From assembly GCA_030695785.1 (NCBI GenBank), contig JAUYPR010000055.1, positions 1 through 45,654 on the forward strand: 45,654 nucleotides of DNA, written 5' to 3'. The notes beneath the pieces are model-generated. The model did not search any database. It was not told the origin of the DNA and saw nothing but the letters and a program-made list of their open reading frames with translations. Numbering within the stretch: position 1 is the stretch's first letter; each line of letters begins with the position of its first letter. Below are positions 17,212-24,975 of the stretch, piece after piece. Source of the DNA: a bacterium (GTDB lineage: Bacteria; Patescibacteriota; Microgenomatia; JAUYPR01). The position numbers and the translations under genes are program-made.

Positions 17212-18963
17212 TTATGGATAAAGCTCTTGCAGATCTTGGGTTAAATGTGAAAGCTCCGTTTCATACGATTCAATCTGGTCCATTTCCTTCCTCGCTTGGG
17301 CAATTTTTAAAAGGCGGGACGTTTCCCGCAATTGCCTGCGGATGCGGGCGTGCCGCAGCGATCGTTTGATCAGTCTAAGTTCCCGCTCGCGATCCAAATC
17401 CTCTGAGATTTCTGCAAACACCAACGGCTGTACAACTTTCCGCATGGTTAGCGGAAGATGCTTCAGCACGTCTTCAGCATCTCGTTCATTATACTCCTGG
17501 AGTTGGGAAAAAAGCAACGCAAAAACAGCCTTCCCGGTTGTGGTGACAAAATCCATTTCGGCGATACCCTCAAGATCGCTTTTCTTCACACTCTTCCCCA
17601 AGAAGAGAACGGTAAAAAAATACTGCTCGCGCTTCGGGAGCGAAAAGGCTCGGCCGGGAGGCACTGGAGGGGCCGCAATGTCGACACGCCTGGGTTGGCG
17701 GAGACGTGCAAGCTCTTGTTTGACGACGCCAAGGTCGACACCGACAAGGGTGGCGAATCGCTCCACAATCAATGTCTGTTCAATTCTATTCTCAATGCCC
17801 GCGAGAACTGGGAGAAACGCTTCAACCGCGCGCCGTTTTTGGGTTGGATTCTCCAGTTGAAACTGACTGACTATTGTTTCCATCCAAAAGTCATAAATGC
17901 CTTGCGCGTGGCCAAGGCAGACTGTCAACGTCCCTGGCCGGGCACGAATATAGTCAGCCGGATCCAACCCATCCGGAAGCGATACAACAGAGATCCCAAG
18001 CCCCAACGCATGCGCCCGCTCAATGCCCCGCAGGGTCGCACTTGTGCCGGCCACATCCGGATCAAAACAAACAATCGCTTCATGCGTATATCGCTTCAAA
18101 AGCTGAATTTGGTCATCGGTCAGCGCCGTCCCTTTTACCGCAACTGTCCACTTCACGCCATCCTGATACGCCATCAGCATATCCATTTCCCCCTCCACTA
18201 ATACTGCGTTTTTTGCCGTCCGGATGTCCTGTTTTGTTTGGTCGAGCCCAAACAGGGTTCGACCCTTGGTAAACACCGGTGTTTCAGGGGAATTGACGTA
18301 TTTCGCGCTTTCTTCCGTCAGCGTCCGGCCGGCAAATCCAACCACGTTGCCGTGGATATCACGCAAAGGAAACATTACGCGCCCCCGGAACCGGTCGTAC
18401 GGCCTGCCTCGATCACTCGGTACCAACAGCCCTGCTTGCAGCAGTTCGTCCGAAGAAAACCCCTTTGTTTGTAAAAACTTGCTGGTTGCATCCCATGAAT
18501 TTGGCGCATAGCCAAGCTGGAATGTCTGGATGGTCTCATCCAAAAGCCCCCGTTCCGATAGGTACGCGCGGCCGCGTCTTCCGGTTTCGTGCTGGGTCAG
18601 CAGGTAGTGGAAGTAGGATTGCGCAAGGCTGTTGGCCGCTAGAATCCGTTCTTTGATGCTCGTGCTTTCAAATTGAATGTTCCTGCTCTGAATCTCGATA
18701 CCAACCCGCGCGCCCAGGGTACGCATGGCTTCAGGGAAATCCATCCCTTCTATCTCCATAAGAAATGAAAACGAGTCGCCGCCTTTCGAACACCCAAAAC
18801 AGTGCCAACTTTGCCGGTCGGGTGAGACCATAAACGAGGGGGTTTTTTCGGTGTGGAAAGGACAGAGTCCTTTAAAGTTTTTGCCCGCTTTCTTCAGCTT
18901 CACATATTCGCCGACCAGCTCGACGATATCAACTTTTGCCTTAATTTCGTCTTTTGGATCCAT
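17212..18963 (-). CDS. dnaG: DNA primase
   Basis: Zinc finger [25 protein letters not shown] and TOPRIM region [14 protein letters not shown]. It is followed by rpoD (the classic dnaG-rpoD arrangement). TGCTACAAT lies 6 nt upstream of the ATG. Confidence 0.95.
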   Translation of the reverse strand: MDPKDEIKAKVDIVELVGEYVKLKKAGKNFKGLCPFHTEKTPSFMVSPDRQSWHCFGCSKGGDSFSFLMEIEGMDFPEAMRTLGARVGIEIQSRNIQFESTSIKERILAANSLAQSYFHYLLTQHETGRRGRAYLSERGLLDETIQTFQLGYAPNSWDATSKFLQTKGFSSDELLQAGLLVPSDRGRPYDRFRGRVMFPLRDIHGNVVGFAGRTLTEESAKYVNSPETPVFTKGRTLFGLDQTKQDIRTAKNAVLVEGEMDMLMAYQDGVKWTVAVKGTALTDDQIQLLKRYTHEAIVCFDPDVAGTSATLRGIERAHALGLGISVVSLPDGLDPADYIRARPGTLTVCLGHAQGIYDFWMETIVSQFQLENPTQKRRAVEAFLPVLAGIENRIEQTLIVERFATLVGVDLGVVKQELARLRQPRRVDIAAPPVPPGRAFSLPKREQYFFTVLFLGKSVKKSDLEGIAEMDFVTTTGKAVFALLFSQLQEYNERDAEDVLKHLPLTMRKVVQPLVFAEISEDLDRERELRLIKRSLRHARIRRQLRETSRLLKIAQARKEMDQIESYETELSHLTQDLQELYP

Positions 18964-18982
18964 GCCGCCATTGTAGCACGCG

Positions 18983-19408
18983 CTACCTGATATGTTTCAG
19001 CAGGGCCTTCAGTGTGTCCGCCGCATCATACGACGGGGATTGAAATGCTTCTGCGGTTACCCAGTGGTGTTCGGTGATGTTTTCCTTTGCCGGATTTTTT
19101 GTAAGGTCAACCTCGGTGTTTGTTGATTGGCACTGAAACGCCAGCGCGACAATCTGCATGCCATCGCCTTCGCGGATGAACCAGTAGTACCCGATACATC
19201 TTTCAACGTCGACGTCTAACCCCACTTCTTCTTTCACCTCGCGGAGTACTGTTTCTTCCGCCGACTCGCCGTATTCAATTTTTCCACCCGGAAGATCCCA
19301 AATATCTTTTCCATCAATGACTTCTTTGATCACTAAAAATCGACCGTCCTTCAAAATCAAGGCCTTTGCAGCCGGCCGGATGCGCGGTTCTGGTGTGCTC
19401 ATCCCCAT
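18983..19408 (-). CDS. NUDIX hydrolase
   Basis: Nudix box GGKIEYGESAEETVLREVKEEVGLDV. Confidence 0.85.
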   Translation of the reverse strand: MGMSTPEPRIRPAAKALILKDGRFLVIKEVIDGKDIWDLPGGKIEYGESAEETVLREVKEEVGLDVDVERCIGYYWFIREGDGMQIVALAFQCQSTNTEVDLTKNPAKENITEHHWVTAEAFQSPSYDAADTLKALLKHIR

Positions 19409-19410
19409 GG

Positions 19411-19686
19411 TTATCGCTGTAACTCCTGCTGTACACGCTCGGCTAAAAATATCTTCATAAGCGACTGATACGGAACATCACGACCATTCGCTAACTGCTT
19501 CAGCCGTACAAGAAGATGGCTGGGAAGACGGATCGAGATGGTCTCGGTCGATGGTCGTAGGTTTGGAAATGTGACCGGTTCGGCCTTATCCCAATCAAAA
19601 TATTCCGACGTGTCTGCGGTCGCCCAAAACGTCCGTTCCTCGTCTTCAGTGTTGAATTTTGGAATTTTCTTGAATTTCTTTTTCAT
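19411..19686 (-). CDS. brnA: BrnA-type antitoxin (RHH/CopG-like C-terminus)
   Basis: EERTFWATADTSEYFDWDKA...ISIRLPSHLLVRLKQLANGRDVPYQSLMKIFLAERV. It overlaps the upstream BrnT-like gene by 41 nt. Confidence 0.75.
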   Translation of the reverse strand: MKKKFKKIPKFNTEDEERTFWATADTSEYFDWDKAEPVTFPNLRPSTETISIRLPSHLLVRLKQLANGRDVPYQSLMKIFLAERVQQELQR

Positions 19687-19966
19687 ATCGCCTCCTTTCT
19701 TTCTTATGCATGTCTCGAGCAGAAATAATTCTGATATTTTTTCCTCGAATCGTAAAAATAATAGTCAAGGATCTCCCTAAATCTGTCATCCCCCATAGCA
19801 TAAATCGCGGCTCGGTCAACGAATGCTTGACATCTTCAACAATAAAATTGGGCTCATGAAGAAAAACCTCTTCTGCTTCTCGGCTTGTGACTCCATGGGC
19901 AATAACATTCTTCTCAACATTCCCCTTATCCCATTCAAATTGCAAAACATTGGGCAATGCCGCCAT
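19646..19966 (-). CDS. brnT: BrnT-type toxin (DUF497 ribonuclease family)
   Basis: FEWDKGNVEKNVIAHGVTSREAEEVF...IRIISARDMHKKERRRY is a typical BrnT/DUF497 pattern. Confidence 0.8.
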   Translation of the reverse strand: MAALPNVLQFEWDKGNVEKNVIAHGVTSREAEEVFLHEPNFIVEDVKHSLTEPRFMLWGMTDLGRSLTIIFTIRGKNIRIISARDMHKKERRRYEKEIQENSKIQH

Positions 19967-19972
19967 ATTTAA

Positions 19973-20001
19973 AGTATATAACCATCATATACAATTGTCA
20001 A
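19973..20001 (-). promoter_or_regulatory. Promoter of brnTA, leaderless geometry
   Basis: Minus strand: TTGACA (20001-19996), 17-nt spacer, TATACT (19978-19973), 6 nt, ATG at 19966. Confidence 0.5.
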
Positions 20002-20035
20002 GGGCGGTTGTTCATGATAAACTCAAGAAAATCAG

Positions 20036-20572
20036 ATGGACCTGAAGGCTATACTGACTATTCTCCATCTTCTCGGTGTCGTGATCGGTGTGGGGAGCGC
20101 GTATGGAAGTGACCTGACATTCCTGCAAAGTGTCCGCAGTGGAATCATTGATCAATGCGCATTCGTAAGGTTAAAAAGGCTCAGCCGGTTTGTATGGATT
20201 GGACTTGCCATCATCGCGGTTTCTGGCATTGGATTATTTCTTCTTGACCCACATCGCTATCTTGCCTCCTCAAAATTCCTGGCAAAAATGACGGTTGTTG
20301 CCATGCTCGTAGCGAACGGGCTTGTCTTTCACTGGGTCCATCTGCCGCGTCTTGCTGGTAAGACCTGGAGAAATCATCGATCCGCACTTCTTTTGAGCGG
20401 TGTCGTTTCATTCGTTTCCTGGACAAGTGCGATTATTCTTGGATTTTTGCGCGCGGTTCCGCTTGCGTATGGAGAAATCATGGGTATCTACATCGGCGTT
20501 ATTGTAGGTGGAATCTGCATCGGACTTCTCCTCCAACCATTCATCTTCCCGAAGAAAAATGGTGGCTCGTGA
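20036..20572 (+). CDS. Integral membrane protein (4-5 TM), family not recognised
   Basis: 178-aa ORF with hydrophobic helices throughout (ILTILHLLGVVIGVG, FVWIGLAIIAVSGIGLFLL and others). Confidence 0.6.
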   Translation: MDLKAILTILHLLGVVIGVGSAYGSDLTFLQSVRSGIIDQCAFVRLKRLSRFVWIGLAIIAVSGIGLFLLDPHRYLASSKFLAKMTVVAMLVANGLVFHWVHLPRLAGKTWRNHRSALLLSGVVSFVSWTSAIILGFLRAVPLAYGEIMGIYIGVIVGGICIGLLLQPFIFPKKNGGS

Positions 20573-20584
20573 CTTCGGTTGAGA

Positions 20585-20630
20585 ACTCGTGTATTGACAC
20601 ATTCGACTATGCTCAGTGTCAATACTGAGT
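20585..20630. repeat. Inverted repeat / stem-loop built from GTATTGACA units
   Basis: GTATTGACAC (20591-20600) and GTGTCAATAC (20616-20625) form a perfect 10-bp inverted repeat with a 15-nt spacer. The flanks extend it to about 15 bp with one indel. No T-run follows. Confidence 0.55.
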
Positions 20631-20642
20631 GAAATCGAAGTA

Positions 20643-20673
20643 TTGACAAAAAAACGTCTGTTTATGCTATAAT
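20643..20673 (+). promoter_or_regulatory. Promoter of the RRM-protein gene (extended -10)
   Basis: TTGACA (20643-20648), 19-nt spacer, TGcTATAAT (20665-20673). This predicts a leader of about 110 nt before the ATG at 20792. The -35 box is the third copy of GTATTGACA. Confidence 0.55.
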
Positions 20674-20791
20674 ATCTTCTAGTCCACGAACAGTCTCGTG
20701 TCGACAAACCCCTGAGGACAACCCAGGAGAAGTTTCGATCGACCGTCAAGTAGGTGTTTCGTGAGTAAGGTTGTTGAAGGGGGTGAGTGAA

Positions 20792-21070
20792 ATGGCAAAA
20801 AAATTATTCGTTGGTAGTCTTTCTTGGAATACGACTGATCAAACCCTGCGCGATTTCTTCGCACAAGCTGGTACTGTCGCCTCGGCGACGGTTATTACCG
20901 ACCGCATGAGTGGCAAATCTCGCGGATTCGGTTTTGTCGAAATGTCAAATGACGAGGAAGCAGAGAAAGCAAAAGAACTCAACGGCAAACCATTGGATGG
21001 ACGCAACATTTTTGTAAATGAGGCGCGCCCAATGCAACCCCGCGATGATCGCGGCGGTGACATGCGATAA
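20792..21070 (+). CDS. RRM-type (RNP-1/RNP-2) RNA-binding protein
   Basis: RNP-2 is LFVGSL and RNP-1 is RGFGFVEM. GGGGGTGAG Shine-Dalgarno sequence lies 4 nt upstream of the ATG. Confidence 0.9.
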   Translation: MAKKLFVGSLSWNTTDQTLRDFFAQAGTVASATVITDRMSGKSRGFGFVEMSNDEEAEKAKELNGKPLDGRNIFVNEARPMQPRDDRGGDMR

Positions 21071-21374
21071 AACGCATTTATCCGAAGGTTGAGAGAAAAA
21101 CTCCGTTCGCTTTTTGAATGAAATCATGGCAATCGTGGAGATGGTTTTTTGTGGCCTTGAAGGTTTCACAAAGGAGGGGCGGAGTATAGGGCGGCAAATT
21201 CATAATCTAAACTCATCTGAATTCAGGCAGGGTTTCCGGCGGAGACTTTAATGTTATATCAACATCTCTTGTACTTATCTCTATATAAATGCTTTTATAT
21301 CTAATATCATTATTGCATGGATCTGCGGCGGTAGTAGATTTAGCTATAGGGGAATTCTATCACAAAATGAGCAT

Positions 21375-21410
21375 AAAAAACCTCAGCGGACCTTGCGGTA
21401 CGAGCTGAGG
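21375..21410 (-). terminator. Rho-independent terminator on the minus strand
   Basis: Minus strand reads CCTCAGC-(16 nt with an inner 3-bp stem)-GCTGAGG followed by TTTTTT. This is the only canonical hairpin-plus-U-tract seen in the window. Confidence 0.6.
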
Positions 21411-21643
21411 CGTTTATGGTGTAAATATACTCTATTTACCCTTATGTGTCAAGCCATGCCACAATCCCAAAAAAAACTAACCTCAAAATCCATATCTACG
21501 TTTCATTCATCAAAACATTCTCATTCAAGTTTTTCTTTGCTTGCCCTGAGTTTATTTACCCTGAGTTGAATCGAATGGGTCGAAGGGGCGGCAAATCTTC
21601 GCTGTATGCCATAATTTTTTAGAACTGTTTTTTGCGTATGTTT

Positions 21644-21829
21644 TTAGGCAGCTTCAAACCTTGCCTTATTTTCAACCATCCACTTCTCCATATCCTCTTT
21701 AGTCTTACTAGAGTCATCCATTACTTCAGGATGAGCTTTAACGTAATGAGGCTTAAGTGCATTCATCCATTCCTCGAATGTTTCACCTTGAGCTTCAAGT
21801 TCGCATAGGTCGCATTTAAGAGTTTTCAT
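21644..21829 (-). CDS. Small DUF1059-like protein
   Basis: Strong Shine-Dalgarno sequence (AAGGAGGTG) 9 nt upstream of the ATG. MKTLKCDLCELEAQGETFEEWMNALKPHYVKAHPEVM resembles the DUF1059 pattern. The family call comes from memory of the motif only. Confidence 0.55.
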   Translation of the reverse strand: MKTLKCDLCELEAQGETFEEWMNALKPHYVKAHPEVMDDSSKTKEDMEKWMVENKARFEAA

Positions 21830-21925
21830 AAATATTTTTCACCTCCTTTAAAGCTTAATTATATTATCGACCTTTTATATAATATTATCTAACCAAATCT
21901 TCCATTGGAACACTCGCTGCTCCTG

Positions 21926-21960
21926 CAACGTAAGAAATTTCTTCGAAATTTCTTACGTTG
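21926..21960. repeat. Perfect 15-bp hairpin abutting the 3' end of tRNA-Ser(GGA)
   Basis: CAACGTAAGAAATTT (21926-21940), loop CTTCG, AAATTTCTTACGTTG (21946-21960). No U-tract follows on either strand. Confidence 0.7.
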
Positions 21961-22047
21961 CGGAGGAGGTGGGATTCGAACCCACGATACCCTTGCGGGC
22001 ATACACACTTTCCAGGCGTGCGCTCTAGGCCACTAAGCGACTCCTCC
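21961..22047 (-). tRNA. tRNA-Ser (anticodon GGA)
   Basis: Hand-folded cloverleaf: GGAGGAG/CTCCTCC acceptor stem, 3-bp D stem, CACGC-CTGGAAA-GTGTG anticodon arm, long variable arm TATGCCCGCAAGGGTATC, GTGGG-TTCGAAT-CCCAC T arm, discriminator G. CCA is not encoded. Confidence 0.9.
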
Positions 22048-22061
22048 TGGATTACATTGTA

Positions 22062-22475
22062 TCAAATGACAGGAATTCGATGTTTGACTGAGCGCCAGAG
22101 GTCTTTTTCGGTCTCGAAGGTTAATTTCTCCTCGACTTCCTCCAACAGTACCCACGCGGCGTCTTGCATCTCCCAGGAAAGCTTGAATTCGGTCGTTCGT
22201 GCGCCCATGAGGAAAAAGGTGACCGTTTTGAAATGCTTTTCTCCGTCTTGCGTGTACACGTATCGGACCGACCCCGCCTTGTCAGTAATGCGCGCATCAA
22301 TGCCGGTTTCTTCTCTCACCTCACGGACAGCCGTCTCTTCTGGCTTTTCACCCTTCTCAATATGCCCTTTCGGAAACCCCCATCCTTTGTGGCCGGAGTG
22401 TTGAGAAATAAGAATGGTAGGCGGAGTATCGTCTACGTTCATAACAATCCCGCCAGCGGAAATATGTTGTTGCAT
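22062..22475 (-). CDS. NUDIX hydrolase
   Basis: Nudix box GFPKGHIEKGEKPEETAVREVREETGIDA. Confidence 0.85.
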   Translation of the reverse strand: MQQHISAGGIVMNVDDTPPTILISQHSGHKGWGFPKGHIEKGEKPEETAVREVREETGIDARITDKAGSVRYVYTQDGEKHFKTVTFFLMGARTTEFKLSWEMQDAAWVLLEEVEEKLTFETEKDLWRSVKHRIPVI

Positions 22476-22897
22476 TAGTGTTTGGTCTCTAATAACTCAA
22501 TCGACCCAACCTGCTTTGCCTTTTGAAAATATGCCCGATCGCACGTCAGGAGCGTTGCGCTTCTGGATTGGGCGAGAACATGATACACCGTATCGTACAC
22601 CGTGGTGTTAAACTGAAACGCCTGGGAAATAGCTTGTCCGCATACTTCCGTTGTCATCTCCTGATAGCTCAGAGGGAGGCGGGAAAAAACTCGATATGCT
22701 GCAAGCGCTTGATCTTGAGTATCCACCGAAAATCGCAGGCCATTTCCAACCTCAACCAAAAGCAAACGAGGAGCAAGTAACTCAACCATACCGGCCTTTT
22801 GTTCTTTGAAAAGACGAGCGATTTTTTGTCCGATCTTTTCATCTTCTTCTTGGATATAACAAATCACCACCGATGCATCAAGCACATACGCTTTCAT
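22475..22897 (-). CDS. vapC: PIN-domain toxin, VapC-like
   Basis: MKAYVLDASVVICYI (first acidic residue), LLLVEVGN, and YDTVYHVLAQSRSATLLTCDRAYF. TAATG overlaps occur with both neighbouring genes. Confidence 0.85.
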   Translation of the reverse strand: MKAYVLDASVVICYIQEEDEKIGQKIARLFKEQKAGMVELLAPRLLLVEVGNGLRFSVDTQDQALAAYRVFSRLPLSYQEMTTEVCGQAISQAFQFNTTVYDTVYHVLAQSRSATLLTCDRAYFQKAKQVGSIELLETKH

Positions 22898-23124
22898 TAT
22901 TGTCGTCCTCGGTGAATTGCCTCAAGAATTTCCTTTCGGTTGCGGAAAGGAAACTTCCCACGTAAGGCAAGAAATGCATCGACGGGGTCTTCTGTTTTTT
23001 CTTCAAGAAGTTGTCGTTCCACCGCCTGCGCGATAAAACGGCTCACCCCTCGTCGCCGAACCGACCGTTGAAGACCAGTATAAATATGCGCAGGGAGACT
23101 CACGGTAATACGATATGAATTCAT
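22897..23124 (-). CDS. vapB: RHH/CopG-type antitoxin, VapB-like
   Basis: MNSYRITVSLPAHIYTGLQRSVRRRGVSRFIAQAVERQL is a ribbon-helix-helix pattern. The longer track ORF (to 23268) runs into tRNA-Arg and was trimmed to the ATG at 23124. Confidence 0.7.
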   Translation of the reverse strand: MNSYRITVSLPAHIYTGLQRSVRRRGVSRFIAQAVERQLLEEKTEDPVDAFLALRGKFPFRNRKEILEAIHRGRQ

Positions 23125-23160
23125 ACTTATTATCATACTACAAGTATGAATTTCTGTCAA
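23118..23160 (-). promoter_or_regulatory. vapBC promoter with an 11-bp inverted-repeat operator
   Basis: Minus strand: TTGACA (23160-23155), 17-nt spacer, TATGAT (23137-23132), 7 nt, ATG at 23124. The inverted repeat AATTCATACTT (23118-23128) / AAGTATGAATT (23142-23152) spans the start codon and the spacer. Confidence 0.5.
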
Positions 23161-23208
23161 TGTTTTTTCCAAAGCAGACTCCTCCCAGTTTGGTATAATG
23201 GTGTTATT

Positions 23209-23283
23209 GCGCCCGTAGTTCAGCCTGGATAGAACGCAAGATTGCGGATCTTGAGGCCGCAGGTTCAAATCCTGCCGGGCGCA
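23209..23283 (+). tRNA. tRNA-Arg (anticodon GCG)
   Basis: GCGCCCG/CGGGCGC acceptor stem, GTTC-AGCCTGGATA-GAAC D arm, CAAGA-TTGCGGA-TCTTG anticodon arm, GCAGG-TTCAAAT-CCTGC T arm, discriminator A. TGGTATAAT lies 10 nt upstream. Confidence 0.9.
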
Positions 23284-23329
23284 CCGTACACATTCCAGAA
23301 AAGCGCTGCGCGCATTCTGGAATTGTTAC

Positions 23330-23419
23330 GGTGGGATGCGAGAGCGGTTGAATCGGCTGGTTTCGAAAACCATGCGAGGCGAAAGCCTCACGGGGGTTCA
23401 AATCCCTCTCCCACCGCCA
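23330..23419 (+). tRNA. tRNA-Ser (anticodon CGA), CCA encoded
   Basis: GGTGGGA/TCCCACC acceptor stem, 3-bp D stem, anticodon loop TTCGAAA, long variable arm GCGAGGCGAAAGCCTCAC, GGGGG-TTCAAAT-CCCTC T arm, then G-CCA. Confidence 0.88.
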
Positions 23420-23501
23420 GGTATAATTCTGTACCTGGCTGGCAGGCGCAGACTTGTGCCTGCCGCCGAGTCAAGTTAAATTTGATTCGGGGTAAATAAG
23501 T

Positions 23502-23576
23502 GCGTCTGTAGTTCAGCCTGGATAGAACGTCAGGTTCCGGACCTGAAGGTCGGGGGTTCAAATCCCTCCAGACGCA
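23502..23576 (+). tRNA. tRNA-Arg (anticodon CCG)
   Basis: GCGTCTG/CAGACGC acceptor stem, D arm identical to that of tRNA-Arg(GCG), TCAGG-TTCCGGA-CCTGA anticodon arm, GGGGG-TTCAAAT-CCCTC T arm. Confidence 0.9.
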
Positions 23577-23603
23577 CAGTTCATAAGTTTTTGAGGGAGA
23601 TGT

Positions 23604-24134
23604 TTAGCGCTTTTGCGGAGAGGGAGTCTCTAGCGGCAGGAGGGTAGAAATCCAGGTGGCGAATTTATCGAAAAAGGGCTGCTCGGCAATTTCGCGAAAC
23701 GGCAAAAACTTCACCAATGTTTTTTTGACCTCTTCCTCGGATTGCTCGCCCAGGAGTAACACCAGTTCCCGCGGAAAACGCAGCCGCGTTTGGATATACG
23801 CAATCCGAGATCCGTATTTCTCTCCAAACCAAAATGAATGCAGTTCGTTCCAGATATACGCGTGCTGGCCGGAAGAAATGCCTTGCGTGGTCATCTTGTG
23901 CTCGATGGATTCGGGCTGGAAGGTGGCCAACACTGCATAGACAAACACAATCGACAACACCACCGCCATTGGGAGAAAGTCTTGAATCACCATTAACACC
24001 AGGAGGATGAGGAGAACCAGTGCAGCTAAAGAAACAATAAATCGTTTGTTCCATTTCGCGTACGGCCGCGAGGAAGACGACCATGTGAGGAGTGTTTTAA
24101 CCTCGTGGGTCTCTGGATTTTTTTGCTCCCGCAT
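23604..24134 (-). CDS. Conserved-looking hypothetical membrane protein (2 TM)
   Basis: Start chosen at MREQKNPETHEV (24134) to avoid overlapping the upstream gene. TM segments FIVSLAALVLLILLVLMVI and MAVVLSIVFVYAVLATF. Confidence 0.6.
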   Translation of the reverse strand: MREQKNPETHEVKTLLTWSSSSRPYAKWNKRFIVSLAALVLLILLVLMVIQDFLPMAVVLSIVFVYAVLATFQPESIEHKMTTQGISSGQHAYIWNELHSFWFGEKYGSRIAYIQTRLRFPRELVLLLGEQSEEEVKKTLVKFLPFREIAEQPFFDKFATWISTLLPLETPSPQKR

Positions 24135-24141
24135 GGGTACA

Positions 24142-24378
24142 TCATACCAGCCGTTTGTTCCGAAACGCAAATCCTGAGCTGGCTTTTAAGTATTTTTCGA
24201 AAGCGATTGCTTTTCTTTTAGAAGCAAATGCTGCATAAAAAACGAGGGCTGCAGGAAGAAATTTCTTTGTTTGGCTGACCGCTCCATGCTGATGATAATG
24301 TATCCTCTGCCTTAAATTATCAGAGAAACCATGATAGTAACTTCCATCAGAGAGCCTAAGAATGTATACGTAATGCAT
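24142..24378 (-). CDS. GIY-YIG nuclease-family small protein
   Basis: MHYVYILRLSDGSYYHGFSDNLRQRIHYHQHG...AIAFEKYLK shows GIY-YIG hallmarks. The track start at 24417 was trimmed to the ATG at 24378. Confidence 0.8.
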   Translation of the reverse strand: MHYVYILRLSDGSYYHGFSDNLRQRIHYHQHGAVSQTKKFLPAALVFYAAFASKRKAIAFEKYLKASSGFAFRNKRLV

Positions 24379-24500
24379 GGGATTTGTCCCACTTCGCTGA
24401 AGCTTCGCGGGACACACTTCGCATCAATATACCAAAGATTTACAGTTTACAAACTGTGGCCTGCCACGCGAAGCTCCGAGTGTATACGAGGAGCGAAGTG

Positions 24501-24892
24501 TGGAGATGCCGGTTTTGAACCGGGTCCGAGTCTATCCAGAAACAACGTCTACGCACATAGTCGATCATTTGTGTTTTCCTTCTTTTTGATCCGATCGACA
24601 AGAGAAAAGAAGGTGAGATTGAACATGTTCGGCATGCTAAAGCCAATCGTCTTTAGATACCTACATCCGGTTTTGGTTCCACCGACAGAAAATCACCGAA
24701 TACATCCTCTGTCAATGCCTCGACGTTTACGCAAACGCGTATTCGCGAGGAGCAAAAAGTGCAGCGAGTGCGCCTTTTGCTGTGTCAACGAATGTGTTGA
24801 CTGTTTTGGTTTGACCGATTGTTTTACGAGAGAACGATCATGCTCGGTGCGCGGTTGTTAATGAACGAATCTCGTCGAATCTGTACATCCCC
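24501..24892 (-). ncRNA. ssrA: tmRNA (SsrA)
   Basis: The minus-strand 5' end GGGGATGTACAGATTCGACGAG matches the tmRNA 5' consensus (GGGG...GAUUCGACG). The 3' end GGACCCGGTTCAAAACCGGCATCTCCA gives a T-arm plus an acceptor stem pairing with the 5' GGGGATG, including a G3-U pair. The internal tag frame ends ...GCTCCTCGCGAATACGCGTTTGCGTAA (APREYAFA-stop). A promoter (TTGACA, 17-nt spacer, TATACT) lies at 24972-24944. smpB is 2 kb away. Confidence 0.8.
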
Positions 24893-24975
24893 GAGATAAA
24901 AAAGAATCCTCTGGACTGTACGTCCAGCTGCATCCTAAGATATAGTATACAAAAGAACGCGGTTTTTGTCAACCG

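Noticed and set aside
20945-21169. 74-aa minus-strand ORF overlapping the 3' end of the RRM gene
   Set aside because: It is antisense to a confidently called gene, has no Shine-Dalgarno sequence or promoter geometry, and its sequence is hydrophobic and low-complexity.
21958-23499. ORFs 21958-22404 (+), 23204-23401 (-) and 23242-23499 (+), and the N-terminal extension of 22897-23268 (-)
   Set aside because: They read through tRNA genes. Peptides such as GFEPA and RWDSNPRYP are typical tRNA-translation artefacts.
24481-24545. Isolated T-arm/acceptor-like sequence (GGACCCGGTTCAAAACCGGCATCTCCA on the minus strand), first taken for a tRNA fragment or pseudogene
   Set aside because: No matching 5' acceptor strand lies within tRNA distance. 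The complementary GGGGATG sits about 390 nt upstream with the tmRNA 5' consensus, so this is the tmRNA 3' end.
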